Part shown: positions 8,147 through 17,387 of the stretch, one piece after another
Layout of the letters: each line of letters begins with the position of its first letter
How positions within the stretch are numbered: the stretch's first letter is position 1
Virus record (IMG/VR): IMGVR_UViG_3300045988_090683
Strand: one strand, 5' to 3'
DNA from: a virus
DNA length: 40,045 nucleotides
Position numbers and translations under genes: made by a program
Notes under the pieces: model-generated
The model's input: only the letters and a program-made list of their open reading frames with translations
What the model was told of the DNA's origin: nothing
The model's database searches: none

Positions 8147-8994
8147 CGTATCGTCTCCTTTAAAGGAACATAAGGTGTCGCCCTATTCCGACTAAAATTA
8201 TTGAATTTATTCTTACAAGTAGTCGGTGTTTTGTCGCACCCTGGATAGATATAGGCTACATCACCAATACGAGGTGATGTGTTCGTAGCACTCATATAAA
8301 TAATGGTGCCATTTTTACTATCCATAATCTGCGTTGCTTGCCCTGCTAATGGTCCGCTTATCCATTCCATACCACCGGCCGTATAATAGCCGTCCTCAAA
8401 TGGTATATCGATTTGTACGGTATTCGTACCAGTAACAGCTGTTACTTTTGCTTTCTTGCGATAAGACTTAATATCGACACCGCACTCTTTCGAGTAAATA
8501 CTATAAGGGCATTGAGGGTAATATCTTCGGTTTGGATATTCGATATTGAGCTTTTGTACAACTGACTTTGCACTAATCTTTAATAAAAATCCGCCGCCCT
8601 GCGTTACTTCGCAAATTCCATGGAATAGGTCTATGCACTCAATCACCTTGCCGGCATCGTCAAAAAAGGCACGGCGTAGATCAAGCGTTGCACCGTCTAA
8701 ACCACCATTATGAGCGACTTCCAATACAGGCACACCGCCGATTTGGTCGCTTTGGCTAGCAGTAATAGTTACGCTTAATTTATCAACACTAACAGTACTG
8801 TTCGTAGCTATTTTTTCACGCGTAATAATAGGGCCATCACCTTTATAAGTGTGGCCCCCATAATTTACATCTACATCGGTATCGGCCCAGTAATAGCTGA
8901 TACCGCTTTTTAGTTTTAGCTCGTATAAATCACACGACAAGAATGACTGAGATGTGCTTAAATGATTGCTTAAAATCTGTCCGACTTCCTTCAT
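8143..8994 (-). CDS. Tail-tip protein (DUF2163 / BR0599-like, lambda gpL position)
   Basis: The C-terminal YPGCDKTPTTCKNKFNNFSRNRATPYVP matches my recollection of the BR0599-type Cys motif. It lies between the distal tail protein and the NlpC/P60 gene. Confidence 0.65.
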   Translation of the reverse strand: MKEVGQILSNHLSTSQSFLSCDLYELKLKSGISYYWADTDVDVNYGGHTYKGDGPIITREKIATNSTVSVDKLSVTITASQSDQIGGVPVLEVAHNGGLDGATLDLRRAFFDDAGKVIECIDLFHGICEVTQGGGFLLKISAKSVVQKLNIEYPNRRYYPQCPYSIYSKECGVDIKSYRKKAKVTAVTGTNTVQIDIPFEDGYYTAGGMEWISGPLAGQATQIMDSKNGTIIYMSATNTSPRIGDVAYIYPGCDKTPTTCKNKFNNFSRNRATPYVPLKETIR

Positions 8995-8998
8995 TTAC

Positions 8999-9565
8999 TC
9001 ACCTCACTGTTACCAATTTAAAAGATTTAGACTTGAATATGTCTTTATAAATGATTTCGTCCGTATAATCACCGCTGAACATGACCTTCCAATAATATGT
9101 ATAGTCAGCAGTAATAATCGCAGTCGGCGCTACTGTTACCCCTTGTGCTAACCTAATTACGCCCTTATCAGATACAGCATTTATCGGTGTCCCATTAGCA
9201 TATAATCTTAGGTTTTCAATATGTGCTACCGGTTCCCTAAAATCACCATACAAACGAACTGCTTGCCATTCAGATTGAGCTCCAGTTCCTAAACGAATGC
9301 CCTTTTCCTCAAAATCTTCTGGATCTAACCAAAGAAAAGGAACTGTACCGCCTTTTACTTTTGCATAGAACCCCATAATTTGCTTATGCTCCTCTGGAGT
9401 TAATATTGCAAATTCAGTAGTAATTGTATATTGCGGATACTGCCACGTTGTCATGGTACGCACCCGACCACTCCCAGTACGCTTTATTTTAGTATCCCAT
9501 TTTTGAGATTTTGTAGACTTCCACGCAAGGGATTTGATATCCGGAAATTTAATTAAATCTGCCAT
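8999..9565 (-). CDS. Distal tail protein (lambda gpM / GTA g12-like)
   Basis: 188 aa, immediately after the tape measure. The pattern FPDI...W.T.I.RTGSGRVRT...YP.Y resembles the conserved phage tail-region family found in this position. Confidence 0.6.
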   Translation of the reverse strand: MADLIKFPDIKSLAWKSTKSQKWDTKIKRTGSGRVRTMTTWQYPQYTITTEFAILTPEEHKQIMGFYAKVKGGTVPFLWLDPEDFEEKGIRLGTGAQSEWQAVRLYGDFREPVAHIENLRLYANGTPINAVSDKGVIRLAQGVTVAPTAIITADYTYYWKVMFSGDYTDEIIYKDIFKSKSFKLVTVR

Positions 9566-9566
9566 G

Positions 9567-12500
9567 CTACCACGTCCCCTCCGTTGCTATAAATTCCCTA
9601 TCTTGGTTAACTAAAAACTGTCTTAGCGAACGTCCTGCGGAGTTTTCGAGCCATGTTCCAAACGATTGGGCGTCCATAGCAGATACGTTGAACGTAATGC
9701 TACCAGCACCGCCACCATTAGCACGAGCTATACCGCCACCAATTTCATCGTATGTACTTTCACTCAAAGGCAATACAGCTTCTTTGTACTTACCTTCGCC
9801 AATCTCAGCATAAGTGGAGCCATATGCCACACCACCGCTTGCCAGTTTTGGTAGTGATAGATTGCTACTAAATCCACTTGAGCCTGAGTTAAACATACCG
9901 GAGAACGCACTTTGTGTAGCTGTTTGAGCTGCACCAGCTGCCGTGTTAGCGCTCCATGCAGCATTGCCAGCGATAGCACTGGCACCAAACGTTGCCATAC
10001 TAACTTGTTGTGCCAATGCACTCCAAGCCGGTAATTGAGCATTTGCCGCAGCAATACCAGTGGCAGATTGTTGAGCTGCCAACATTTTGCCGAATACGGC
10101 TTGTTTAATTTGTCCGGCTATCCATTGTGCTACGCTATCCGCAATAGTTTTAAGAATGGCTTTGCCGAGATTTTGGAACGTTTGCATAAGCGTTGTTGTA
10201 CCTTGAATAAGCCCTGAAATAGATCCTTGTAAGCTATCCATGCCAGCGTTTATAGCGTCAAACAATACTTGTTGGCCGTTCATATGAGCATCAAATGCAG
10301 CTTGTTTATATTCTTCAAGTAATGACTTGCGCAAGTCATAGTTTTGTTGCATAGCGATATATTCATCATTCAATGCAGTTTGCAATGCCTCGAAGTTTTG
10401 AGTACGCATGGCGTCTTCGATTTTATATTTTTCATCTTGCAACTCGGTTTGAAGTTGTAATGCCTTTTTTTGATACTCTTCTTGTTTAGCCAACAATTCT
10501 GCATTTTTCATGGCCTCAAATGAGATTTGTCCATCACCGGTAAGTTGAAATGCAATGCCTCGTTCTTTCAACTTATCAATATAATGTTGCTGTTCCATGG
10601 CGTCCATTTTAATGAACTTATCGACCATTTCTGCATACTTATCTTCGATTGTATCGATAGCGTCGATATAATCCTTAGACAATTGAACGGACGGAGATAC
10701 GCTACCAGTACTGTCTTTATCAGCAGTATTGATAGCGAATTCTTTTTGCATATCTCGAATACTTGTTTCAATAGCACGAAGTTTTGTAAATTCCTCTTGC
10801 TTAGCCTTGATACGCTTATCAGCATAAACATCGTTGAGGTTCTTTAAATCTTCTTGATAATTAACGTTAGCACTCTTTGATTTATTGAGCTCATCGAGTT
10901 CCTTTTTGTATTGCAATTCGATTAGTTCGACTTGATTGCCTTGCATTTCCAAGAACGATTGCAAGATTTTTTCGTGGACCTCTTTGGCCTCTTTTGCAAG
11001 ATCCTTCCCGGAGTGGCCTTTACCACCTCCGCCACCTTTTCCACCTTTACCGGTGCCAGCAGAACCGCCATCATCTCCACCACCACCGCCAACATCTAGG
11101 CCTGTATCACCGCCACCGGATAACCCTTGTGTTATTTGTGAAGCCATATTAACGCCAGTATTTACAATGTCTTGTGCCGTTTCAGCACTGATTGTATCAA
11201 CTTGTTGAATAGCAGTAAAAGATGTACCAAAGAATTTTGCTACTTTATCGCCTACGCTGTTTAGTTTAGCGATTAGCCAGTTAAGTCCCTCGATAATCTT
11301 ATTCACACCCCAAACCGCGGTGTGCACAATAGTTGAAAATACAGAGCTTAACGTATTACCGAACCCATTAGACGCAGCAGATGCAGTCGCAAACACACCG
11401 ACCAATGTCATTATGACGGATATTAATATTCCGACTGGGTTTGCCTTCATTACAACATTTAATACACGCTGAGCAGTAGCTGCAGCTAATGTACTACTTC
11501 TTAATGCTAGAAATAACGATTTGAGGACAGTTGTCCCCAAAGTCAATGCGCCTATTGACAAGATAGTTCCTTGAACGGCTACTTTAACAACAGTCATTGC
11601 TACCGCATAAGCCCTAGTTGCAATTGCAGAGGCGACTTGTGCCGTTTTTAACGCTACAGTTTTTACAGTCAATGCAGCAGTTTGAGCGCTACATAATGCG
11701 ACTGTCGCTTTATAAGTAATAAATGCAGTGGTAACACCTACAATGGCAGTGGCAACCCCTGGCATGGCGGTTCTAAACAGGTTCGCAAAGCTCGTAACAA
11801 TATTCTTAGCTGTACCAATTACAACTGATAACGCACTAAATGCACCCCTTACAGTAATAATGGCTGCTTGTGCAGCAGTGCCAACCAAACGAAAGGCAAT
11901 AGACAACCCAGCAAGTGCATCGTTTAATACACCTGAACTTGTCATGTTGCTTATTTCTTCCATAGCTGGCTGAAATGCAGCTATTAATTCGTTCTGAACT
12001 TGCGTTCCTATATCTTGGAACGTCATAGGAATTTCTGCAAACTTAGCGTTTGTTTCTTCTGCACTATTGAATAGGGCTTCCTTGATAATGTCAGCAGTAA
12101 TGAGCCCTTGCGAACTCATTTCCTTCAATTGACCTACAGTCAAGCCCATTTCACTGGCAATAGATTGTGCCAACATCGGAGCGTTTTCCATAATTGAGTG
12201 GAATTCGTCCCCTTGTAGCTTACCAGCTGCCATTGCTTGCGTTAACTGGTACATAGCTGATGTTGTTTCTTCAACGCTAGCACCTGAGATTTTGAATTGC
12301 TTATTTAACTGTTCAACAAAATAGATTGCTTCGTCGTTAGATGAAAAAGCGTCTTTTGCAAGCATATTCAACTTAGCAACACTATCGGCCATATCTAAAT
12401 AGCTACCGCGAGAACGGTTAGCTGCACTATAAATCTTGTCCATAATTTCAGCAGTAGACTGACTGCCGTCATTAATTAGATTGATACGGGCCCTAATTTG

Positions 12501-12791
12501 TGTAAGTTGGTCGGTGGTTTGAACAGCACTAACTGCCATATCTTTCATGGCTCGCCCTGCAGCTTCAATACCTATTGCTGCAGCACCAAATGCAGCACCA
12601 CTTTTGGCAGCGTTCATGATACTAGGAATTTCTATACCGAAGATCTTCTGCGCTTTGCTTTTAACAGCCTCCATCGAAGCAGTAACGTCTTTTCCTAGTG
12701 CATTTTCCGCTTTCTTAGCCACCCTATCAAGTGCTTGCTCGGCACCACTAGATGAACCGATTATGCGTACATTGATTTGTGAATCTGCCAT
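9567..12791 (-). CDS. Tail tape measure protein
   Basis: About 1074 aa, with helical/hydrophobic repeats and a Gly-rich tract (GGGGDDGGSAGTGKGGKGGGGGKG). It lies after the G/G-T chaperones. I prefer ATG 12791 (4 nt after the G-T stop) over GTG 12806, which abuts its SD. Confidence 0.9.
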   Translation of the reverse strand: MADSQINVRIIGSSSGAEQALDRVAKKAENALGKDVTASMEAVKSKAQKIFGIEIPSIMNAAKSGAAFGAAAIGIEAAGRAMKDMAVSAVQTTDQLTQIRARINLINDGSQSTAEIMDKIYSAANRSRGSYLDMADSVAKLNMLAKDAFSSNDEAIYFVEQLNKQFKISGASVEETTSAMYQLTQAMAAGKLQGDEFHSIMENAPMLAQSIASEMGLTVGQLKEMSSQGLITADIIKEALFNSAEETNAKFAEIPMTFQDIGTQVQNELIAAFQPAMEEISNMTSSGVLNDALAGLSIAFRLVGTAAQAAIITVRGAFSALSVVIGTAKNIVTSFANLFRTAMPGVATAIVGVTTAFITYKATVALCSAQTAALTVKTVALKTAQVASAIATRAYAVAMTVVKVAVQGTILSIGALTLGTTVLKSLFLALRSSTLAAATAQRVLNVVMKANPVGILISVIMTLVGVFATASAASNGFGNTLSSVFSTIVHTAVWGVNKIIEGLNWLIAKLNSVGDKVAKFFGTSFTAIQQVDTISAETAQDIVNTGVNMASQITQGLSGGGDTGLDVGGGGGDDGGSAGTGKGGKGGGGGKGHSGKDLAKEAKEVHEKILQSFLEMQGNQVELIELQYKKELDELNKSKSANVNYQEDLKNLNDVYADKRIKAKQEEFTKLRAIETSIRDMQKEFAINTADKDSTGSVSPSVQLSKDYIDAIDTIEDKYAEMVDKFIKMDAMEQQHYIDKLKERGIAFQLTGDGQISFEAMKNAELLAKQEEYQKKALQLQTELQDEKYKIEDAMRTQNFEALQTALNDEYIAMQQNYDLRKSLLEEYKQAAFDAHMNGQQVLFDAINAGMDSLQGSISGLIQGTTTLMQTFQNLGKAILKTIADSVAQWIAGQIKQAVFGKMLAAQQSATGIAAANAQLPAWSALAQQVSMATFGASAIAGNAAWSANTAAGAAQTATQSAFSGMFNSGSSGFSSNLSLPKLASGGVAYGSTYAEIGEGKYKEAVLPLSESTYDEIGGGIARANGGGAGSITFNVSAMDAQSFGTWLENSAGRSLRQFLVNQDREFIATEGTW

Positions 12792-12795
12792 TTTC

Positions 12796-13517
12796 TTATA
12801 TCTCACCTCCCGCCTGTCTAAATTCTTCCATGAATAACTTTTCTTCCGTTTTGCGTTGTGCCAACGTAATAGGGTGTAATTGCTTCATGATGTCCTCGAC
12901 TTTTAACCGCTTATTGCCAGCAATATGAACGTTTGTCATTATGCATGTAAAATAAGCCTGTCTACGGTCCTCAATCTCCATTCGCAATTCGTACCCTTCC
13001 ACCAGTTTGTAATATTCCATAGGGCTTAATTTCATAAACTCCCAAGGTTTTAAATTGAGTGGACCATAAGCCGTACGCTCGGCCTTAGTTATCCATAAAT
13101 TAAAAGAGGGGGCTGTATAGCCCCCTTCTAGTTTTTTGCTTCTGCTTCCTCTGCTTCTACCTCAGATTGTGCTTTTTCGTCAGCTTCTTCAGGAAATAAT
13201 GCATAGTACGCAGCCTTACCAAAGACACCGCTACCAATTAACGCTTGAACGATTAATTCTACTAGGTCGCTATATTGAACCGTGCCTTCATCAAACAATT
13301 CTTGTAATTTGTCTTGGTAATAGATATAATCACGTTTTTTGCCGTGTTGTTTCATACCAACAACGAATGCAGTAATAAGCTGATTAAATGTCATTGTGCC
13401 ACTTTGTACAGCTTTAAAAATAGGTTCACCCCATAGCTGTTCAAGTTCAGCAATTCGACCAATTGTAAAGTAAATTGTTTCGCCAGCATTAAATACATCA
13501 CATGTGATTTTTTTCAT
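12796..13517 (-). CDS. Tail assembly chaperone G-T fusion produced by -1 programmed ribosomal frameshift (shift at 13131-13137)
   Basis: The -1 frame is open with no stop from the slippery site through the annotated 79-aa ORF: ...EAKN-LEGGYTAPSFNLWITKAERTAYGPLNLKPWEF-MKLSPMEYY... The predicted fusion is about 240 aa. Confidence 0.7.
13106..13137 (-). promoter_or_regulatory. -1 frameshift signal: slippery heptamer A_AAA_AAC plus downstream GC-rich hairpin
   Basis: The heptamer at 13137-13131 is in exact X_XXY_YYZ phase with the G frame. An 8-bp stem pairs 13107-13114 with 13119-13126 (five consecutive G-C pairs, 4-nt loop) and starts 3-4 nt downstream. Confidence 0.7.
13128..13517 (-). CDS. 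Tail assembly chaperone (gpG-like)
   Basis: 129 aa with an acidic C-terminus, located between the major tail protein and the tape measure. It ends ...GCA AAA AAC TAG. Confidence 0.8.
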   Translation of the reverse strand: MKKITCDVFNAGETIYFTIGRIAELEQLWGEPIFKAVQSGTMTFNQLITAFVVGMKQHGKKRDYIYYQDKLQELFDEGTVQYSDLVELIVQALIGSGVFGKAAYYALFPEEADEKAQSEVEAEEAEAKN

Positions 13518-13546
13518 GAGTACGCACTCCTTAAATTAACTATAAA

Positions 13547-14020
13547 TTATGGTTGTTTCAATTCAGACAATGCACCTACGCCATTTAAACTGCCTTTATA
13601 CGTTGCCACATCGTCATGTGGTGTGTTCATAGACAATTCTGTAATGGAGCAAATACCTGTCATGTAGGCTTTATTAGGATATTCAATCTTGATGTTGATA
13701 AGATCATCATTCAAGAACGCTTTTTCTAACAATTGCAATGACTCTTCGTTAGGCATAAGCAATGTTTCAAGGTCAATGGACCACTCTTTAAGCCCTGGAA
13801 TAGTAGACTTCCAACCGTTAGTGCCTTTGTGAGATGCATCGATGCTATCAGCCTTACGAGATACATCACCTGTACGCTGTCCGCCTAATAAAAGCCATTC
13901 AGCACCTGTTGTTTCGTCGGTGCCAGTATTAACATAAATCAAATAATTTTTACCGGCAGTAGGCATTGCCCCCTGTTGCGGTTTATAAAGTTTTTTTGCT
14001 GTAGCTGGTTGAGCTGGCAT
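13547..14020 (-). CDS. Major tail protein (TP901-1/phi13-type tube protein)
   Basis: 157 aa. The sequence pattern (LIYVNTG...WLLLGGQRTGDVSRKADSIDASHKG...W...PGLKEWSI) and the position before the chaperones fit the Phage_tail_2-like family. Confidence 0.8.
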   Translation of the reverse strand: MPAQPATAKKLYKPQQGAMPTAGKNYLIYVNTGTDETTGAEWLLLGGQRTGDVSRKADSIDASHKGTNGWKSTIPGLKEWSIDLETLLMPNEESLQLLEKAFLNDDLINIKIEYPNKAYMTGICSITELSMNTPHDDVATYKGSLNGVGALSELKQP

Positions 14021-14496
14021 TAGTAGATACCTCCGTTTGTTTCTTCATTCAAATTAATAAGGCGAGCCACAAACCTGTACTGTGTGCCAATCAATGGCCG
14101 TACTGAATCATGGTCGCCTACTTTACTTGTACATTTAATATCGATGATTTGATAGCCACTATCTTGCAAGATACATGCTTCCGGAACTAATCTGCCACAT
14201 GAATTACGAAGATTATTCATAATCGCCTCGAAAGTATCCTCGAACTTAGCGATAACTTCATAACCTACGTTCATATCAGGGTCGTCATTACGGCCCCACA
14301 CTTCAATGTATAACTCTTGTTGCAATTCCGATTGAATGGCATTATCTCCCGGCGTTGTTTCTCCCCTAATTACCATAATTACACCATTCGCATCGATATT
14401 TGCAGCTTGTGGCCTCATAGCCCCAAGAATAACATTGAAGCCTGTTCCGTGGCTATCAATTACACGTTTGATATGTTGCATGAGTTCGAGCCACAT
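14020..14496 (-). CDS. Neck / tail-terminator-like protein (hypothetical)
   Basis: 158-aa ORF with SD GGGGGT and a TAATG overlap with the major tail gene. Assigned by position only. Confidence 0.6.
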   Translation of the reverse strand: MWLELMQHIKRVIDSHGTGFNVILGAMRPQAANIDANGVIMVIRGETTPGDNAIQSELQQELYIEVWGRNDDPDMNVGYEVIAKFEDTFEAIMNNLRNSCGRLVPEACILQDSGYQIIDIKCTSKVGDHDSVRPLIGTQYRFVARLINLNEETNGGIY

Positions 14497-14497
14497 A

Positions 14498-14878
14498 TTA
14501 CCCCCTGAAAATTTCTACAGTTCGATACCTAGCATATTTAGTAGGGTCGCCTGTCAACTCTTCCGGTGTAATTTGCTTCTCGCACATCGTGATACGTTCA
14601 TCGATATATTGCAGTTTTTTGCTATAAAAATCATCTGTTGAGCCGTCGCGAGTATATGCACCTGGTAACGCATAAGCCTTGTCAACGCACACAAAACGAT
14701 ATATATAGAGTTGCACTAATTCATCGACTAGATAACTTCTTACAATATCGCCCTCTAATACGCCAAGACGTTTTGCAAAGGCATATAATGCTTTTTCTGC
14801 ACGTTCTACATGTTGAGGTAGAACCTCTTTGCCTAACAGCTCATCGGTGAACTGCATTTCTTCGTATTCATATAGCAT
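14498..14878 (-). CDS. Head-tail connector/adaptor protein (hypothetical)
   Basis: 126-aa ORF with SD GAGGTG 6 nt upstream. Assigned by position in the neck module. Confidence 0.6.
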   Translation of the reverse strand: MLYEYEEMQFTDELLGKEVLPQHVERAEKALYAFAKRLGVLEGDIVRSYLVDELVQLYIYRFVCVDKAYALPGAYTRDGSTDDFYSKKLQYIDERITMCEKQITPEELTGDPTKYARYRTVEIFRG

Positions 14879-14888
14879 TGTTACACCT

Positions 14889-15365
14889 CTAAATATCTAT
14901 TCGAATTTCTTTTTCCTTAGCCCCAAGCCAATCGCTATTCGATAGATCATTAATAGCAAGCCCAGTGGCTTTTGAAAATGTATCAAATACATCATTACGT
15001 TTTCTTTCCAACGCCTCATATAAGAATGGGTCGGATTTAGTTCCTGGGTGGTGAACTTCCTTAGCGAAGAAAAAGCTATTACCAGCCATTGGAACCCAAC
15101 GCAATGCACGTTTAGTTTTAGGCTTAATAGTATGGGGTCTTGTACCTTGATGGACGAATATTCCATAAGGTGCTACCTGATTGTCAATGTACACTACCCC
15201 AATATTATTGCCATTGTCAAAACTAAATTTTGTATCGACAGCCCGTTCCAATTGAGCGGTACGAGTTATAAAATCATGCTTTTGTTGTGCTTCATTTTGC
15301 ACCATAAAGGTGCTCGACTTAACAGCTTGTCTGAGCCGTCGTTCGAACACCTCTTTAGGTAACAT
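14889..15365 (-). CDS. HK97 gp10-family head-tail joining protein
   Basis: APYGIFVHQGTRPH ... HPGTKSDPFLYEAL resembles the Y..VE.GT ... PF..A pattern of the gp10 family. SD is GAGGAG. Confidence 0.7.
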   Translation of the reverse strand: MLPKEVFERRLRQAVKSSTFMVQNEAQQKHDFITRTAQLERAVDTKFSFDNGNNIGVVYIDNQVAPYGIFVHQGTRPHTIKPKTKRALRWVPMAGNSFFFAKEVHHPGTKSDPFLYEALERKRNDVFDTFSKATGLAINDLSNSDWLGAKEKEIRIDI

Positions 15366-15367
15366 GA

Positions 15368-15550
15368 TTACTCCTCTTTATCTGGCTTTTTACCGGGCTC
15401 TTTATCTGGCTTTTTACCGCTACGTTTTGACTTATCTTCATCTTTGACAGGCTCCAATTCTTCAATCGTAAAGCCTTCATCTTGTAAGCGTTTAATATCA
15501 TATTCCTCGCTTACATATTGCACTTCGTTTAATCGTACAAGACGTGCCAT
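15368..15550 (-). CDS. Small hypothetical head-associated protein with a tandem GKKPDKE repeat
   Basis: I prefer ATG 15550 (SD AAGGTAGGTGGA upstream) over GTG 15559. A 22-nt unit is repeated with a 24-nt period at 15374-15419. Confidence 0.55.
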   Translation of the reverse strand: MARLVRLNEVQYVSEEYDIKRLQDEGFTIEELEPVKDEDKSKRSGKKPDKEPGKKPDKEE

Positions 15551-15564
15551 ATTATCCACCTACC

Positions 15565-16485
15565 TTACGCACCAACGTTAACATGAATTGCAGCCAATCG
15601 ATTTTTAGGAATCCATAAATCATGGTATTTACGGTAGTCGATTTTCCAAGCGTCTGCTTTTTGGTTAATGTCCGGAGTAAATACACGAACTTTATCTGTT
15701 TTAGATACAGCAATAGGTGCACGTTGAGGCATGATAATCCAGTTAATTCCTTTGGCTGCTGTATCAGCTTTAAAACCGCCAGCCTCTTGACCGGAAGTTT
15801 TACCGTCGTTAAACACGTATTGTGTTTTCAAACGAGAGGACGGCACACCAAGGATAGGAATGTCATTAAAAGAACGAACTTTAGTGTTAATTGCACCAGC
15901 TTTAAATTGAGCTACGTCCAAATATTTATGGAATTTATCTGCATTATTCAAGATAGAACGTAACTTAGTAGACATACAGATGATAAGTGCTTCATCTTCA
16001 CCGATTACGTCTTGAATATCTGTAATTTCTGCGTCCAATTTATCAAGAATATCATTTACAGATGGAGCATAGCCAGTCGTTACTTTATTTTCTGCAGTTG
16101 CCAACGCAGCAATTTTAGAATAACGATAGCTATCAATTTCAGGAATAACTTGTGTACGTTGGAATTCACCCATTACAGTGCCAGCAGTTGCAACGAAGTT
16201 TGTTTCGTTTACGTCCATGGAGTCGAGAGAGAATGTACGACCACGGTCTTGTGTCATTTTGTAAGGGTTAAATTTTAAAGTAACGGAACCACGATTAAAG
16301 CCTTCATCGCGATCATATTTTGCCATACCTTGCATGCTAATTTCAGGAATATATGCAGTATCACCACCATCGTATTTGACTTGGCCTGCATTTACTTCCA
16401 TAAATCCAGTAGTAGCACCAACTAACATTTGTTGGTCGAGTACAGTTTGAAACTGTTGAGAGTATTGTAATGTATTAACTGCCAT
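15565..16485 (-). CDS. Major capsid protein
   Basis: 306 aa, directly after the scaffold gene. ATG 16485 has SD GGAGG 7 nt upstream; the track start 16500 is a TTG inside that SD. The sequence resembles Firmicute siphovirus capsid proteins. Confidence 0.85.
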   Translation of the reverse strand: MAVNTLQYSQQFQTVLDQQMLVGATTGFMEVNAGQVKYDGGDTAYIPEISMQGMAKYDRDEGFNRGSVTLKFNPYKMTQDRGRTFSLDSMDVNETNFVATAGTVMGEFQRTQVIPEIDSYRYSKIAALATAENKVTTGYAPSVNDILDKLDAEITDIQDVIGEDEALIICMSTKLRSILNNADKFHKYLDVAQFKAGAINTKVRSFNDIPILGVPSSRLKTQYVFNDGKTSGQEAGGFKADTAAKGINWIIMPQRAPIAVSKTDKVRVFTPDINQKADAWKIDYRKYHDLWIPKNRLAAIHVNVGA

Positions 16486-16511
16486 GTAATTGACCTCCAA
16501 TAATTAAATAA

Positions 16512-17123
16512 TTACATTTCAATGCCTACAGCCTTAGCGAATTCAGCCTTAATTGCATCAGGACCATTGCCACCTGTACCGCCTTGTCCGCTACCTGGAT
16601 TGCCAGTCGCTTTAACGGCCCAAGATTTACCTTGCAACCATTCTGCGGTGCGGTCTTGAATAGTACCGATAGTGCCATCTTCTTTTTGATAGCCATAAGT
16701 GCCATCGTCCTGAACTTTAATGTCATTGGCAACTAATCGTGCAAACTCCTGCGGATCAACCGCATTAGCCTTTGTGAAAGCGTCCAATGTTTGTGCCATA
16801 ATTTCAGATTGAATTCGTTTAGCTTCTGCTTCTTTTGCCTTAGTTTCAGCTTGCTCGAACTTGTCGCTCATAGCCTTTAATTGCTTTTCGAGCTGTTTGT
16901 ACTCTGGCGAGTTAGAACCAGCCCCTGCTTGTTCTTCTAATTCACTAACACGAGTTGAAAGCGTATCACGTTCACCGGTTAACGTATTAATTTGACCTTG
17001 TAGCTTTTCTCGTGTTGTCTTAGCTTCGTTATTAAGGCGAGATGTTTCACCTTTAATAGCGTCGATAAGATCCTTGCCATTTTCCAATTGTTCGAGTGCT
17101 TGATAAACTTCTGCAATGTTCAT
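16512..17123 (-). CDS. Scaffolding protein (phage GP20-like)
   Basis: Coiled-coil, E/K/Q-rich sequence with a Gly-rich C-terminal part. ATG 17123 has SD GGAGG 7 nt upstream. The gene lies immediately upstream of the capsid gene. Confidence 0.8.
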   Translation of the reverse strand: MNIAEVYQALEQLENGKDLIDAIKGETSRLNNEAKTTREKLQGQINTLTGERDTLSTRVSELEEQAGAGSNSPEYKQLEKQLKAMSDKFEQAETKAKEAEAKRIQSEIMAQTLDAFTKANAVDPQEFARLVANDIKVQDDGTYGYQKEDGTIGTIQDRTAEWLQGKSWAVKATGNPGSGQGGTGGNGPDAIKAEFAKAVGIEM

Positions 17124-17226
17124 GTGTAAACCTCCGTAAAACATGAAAATAAAAAAGGCGCAACAGGCCTCCGCCTAATTGCACCAATAAAAATACGCCC
17201 AATCATCACACATGAAAGGGCGTAAA

Positions 17227-17254
17227 CAAAAAGCACATGCAACTATGCATGTGC
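17227..17254 (-). terminator. Intrinsic terminator (perfect 9-bp stem plus T tract)
   Basis: GCACATGCA (17233-17241) pairs with TGCATGTGC (17246-17254) around a 4-nt loop. The hairpin is followed on the minus strand by TTTTTG. Confidence 0.65.
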
Positions 17255-17380
17255 TTAAAAATTAAATTGTTTTCTAATTTCGTCTAACTCAGCTTGTAAT
17301 TCTTCGCTTATCTCCATTGAAGTATCTGGATCTCTATTAATCGGTTCATCTTTATATTGACTATCATCAATAATCATCAT
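17255..17380 (-). CDS. Possible 41-aa acidic micro-ORF (MMIIDDSQYKDEPINRDPDTSMEISEELQAELDEIRKQFNF)
   Basis: Hand-translated. It starts 8 nt after the MuF-like stop, and its stop codon abuts the terminator stem. No convincing SD is present, and it is below the ORF-track size cutoff. Confidence 0.3.
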   Translation of the reverse strand: MMIIDDSQYKDEPINRDPDTSMEISEELQAELDEIRKQFNF

Positions 17381-17387
17381 CGGAACT

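Noticed and set aside
10936-11208. Pro-rich 90-aa plus-strand ORF, and similar antisense ORFs (for example 4492-4836, 24133-24519, 30843-31175, 35876-36160)
   Set aside because: These are mirror images of long, well-supported minus-strand genes. For example, the Pro run is the complement of the Gly-rich tape-measure tract. None has an RBS or fits an operon context.
13106-13127. The GC-rich hairpin after the chaperone gene interpreted purely as an intrinsic terminator splitting the tail operon
   Set aside because: It sits 3-4 nt after a perfectly phased A_AAA_AAC heptamer, and the -1 frame is open into the next ORF. A frameshift-stimulator role explains more. A secondary attenuator role remains possible.
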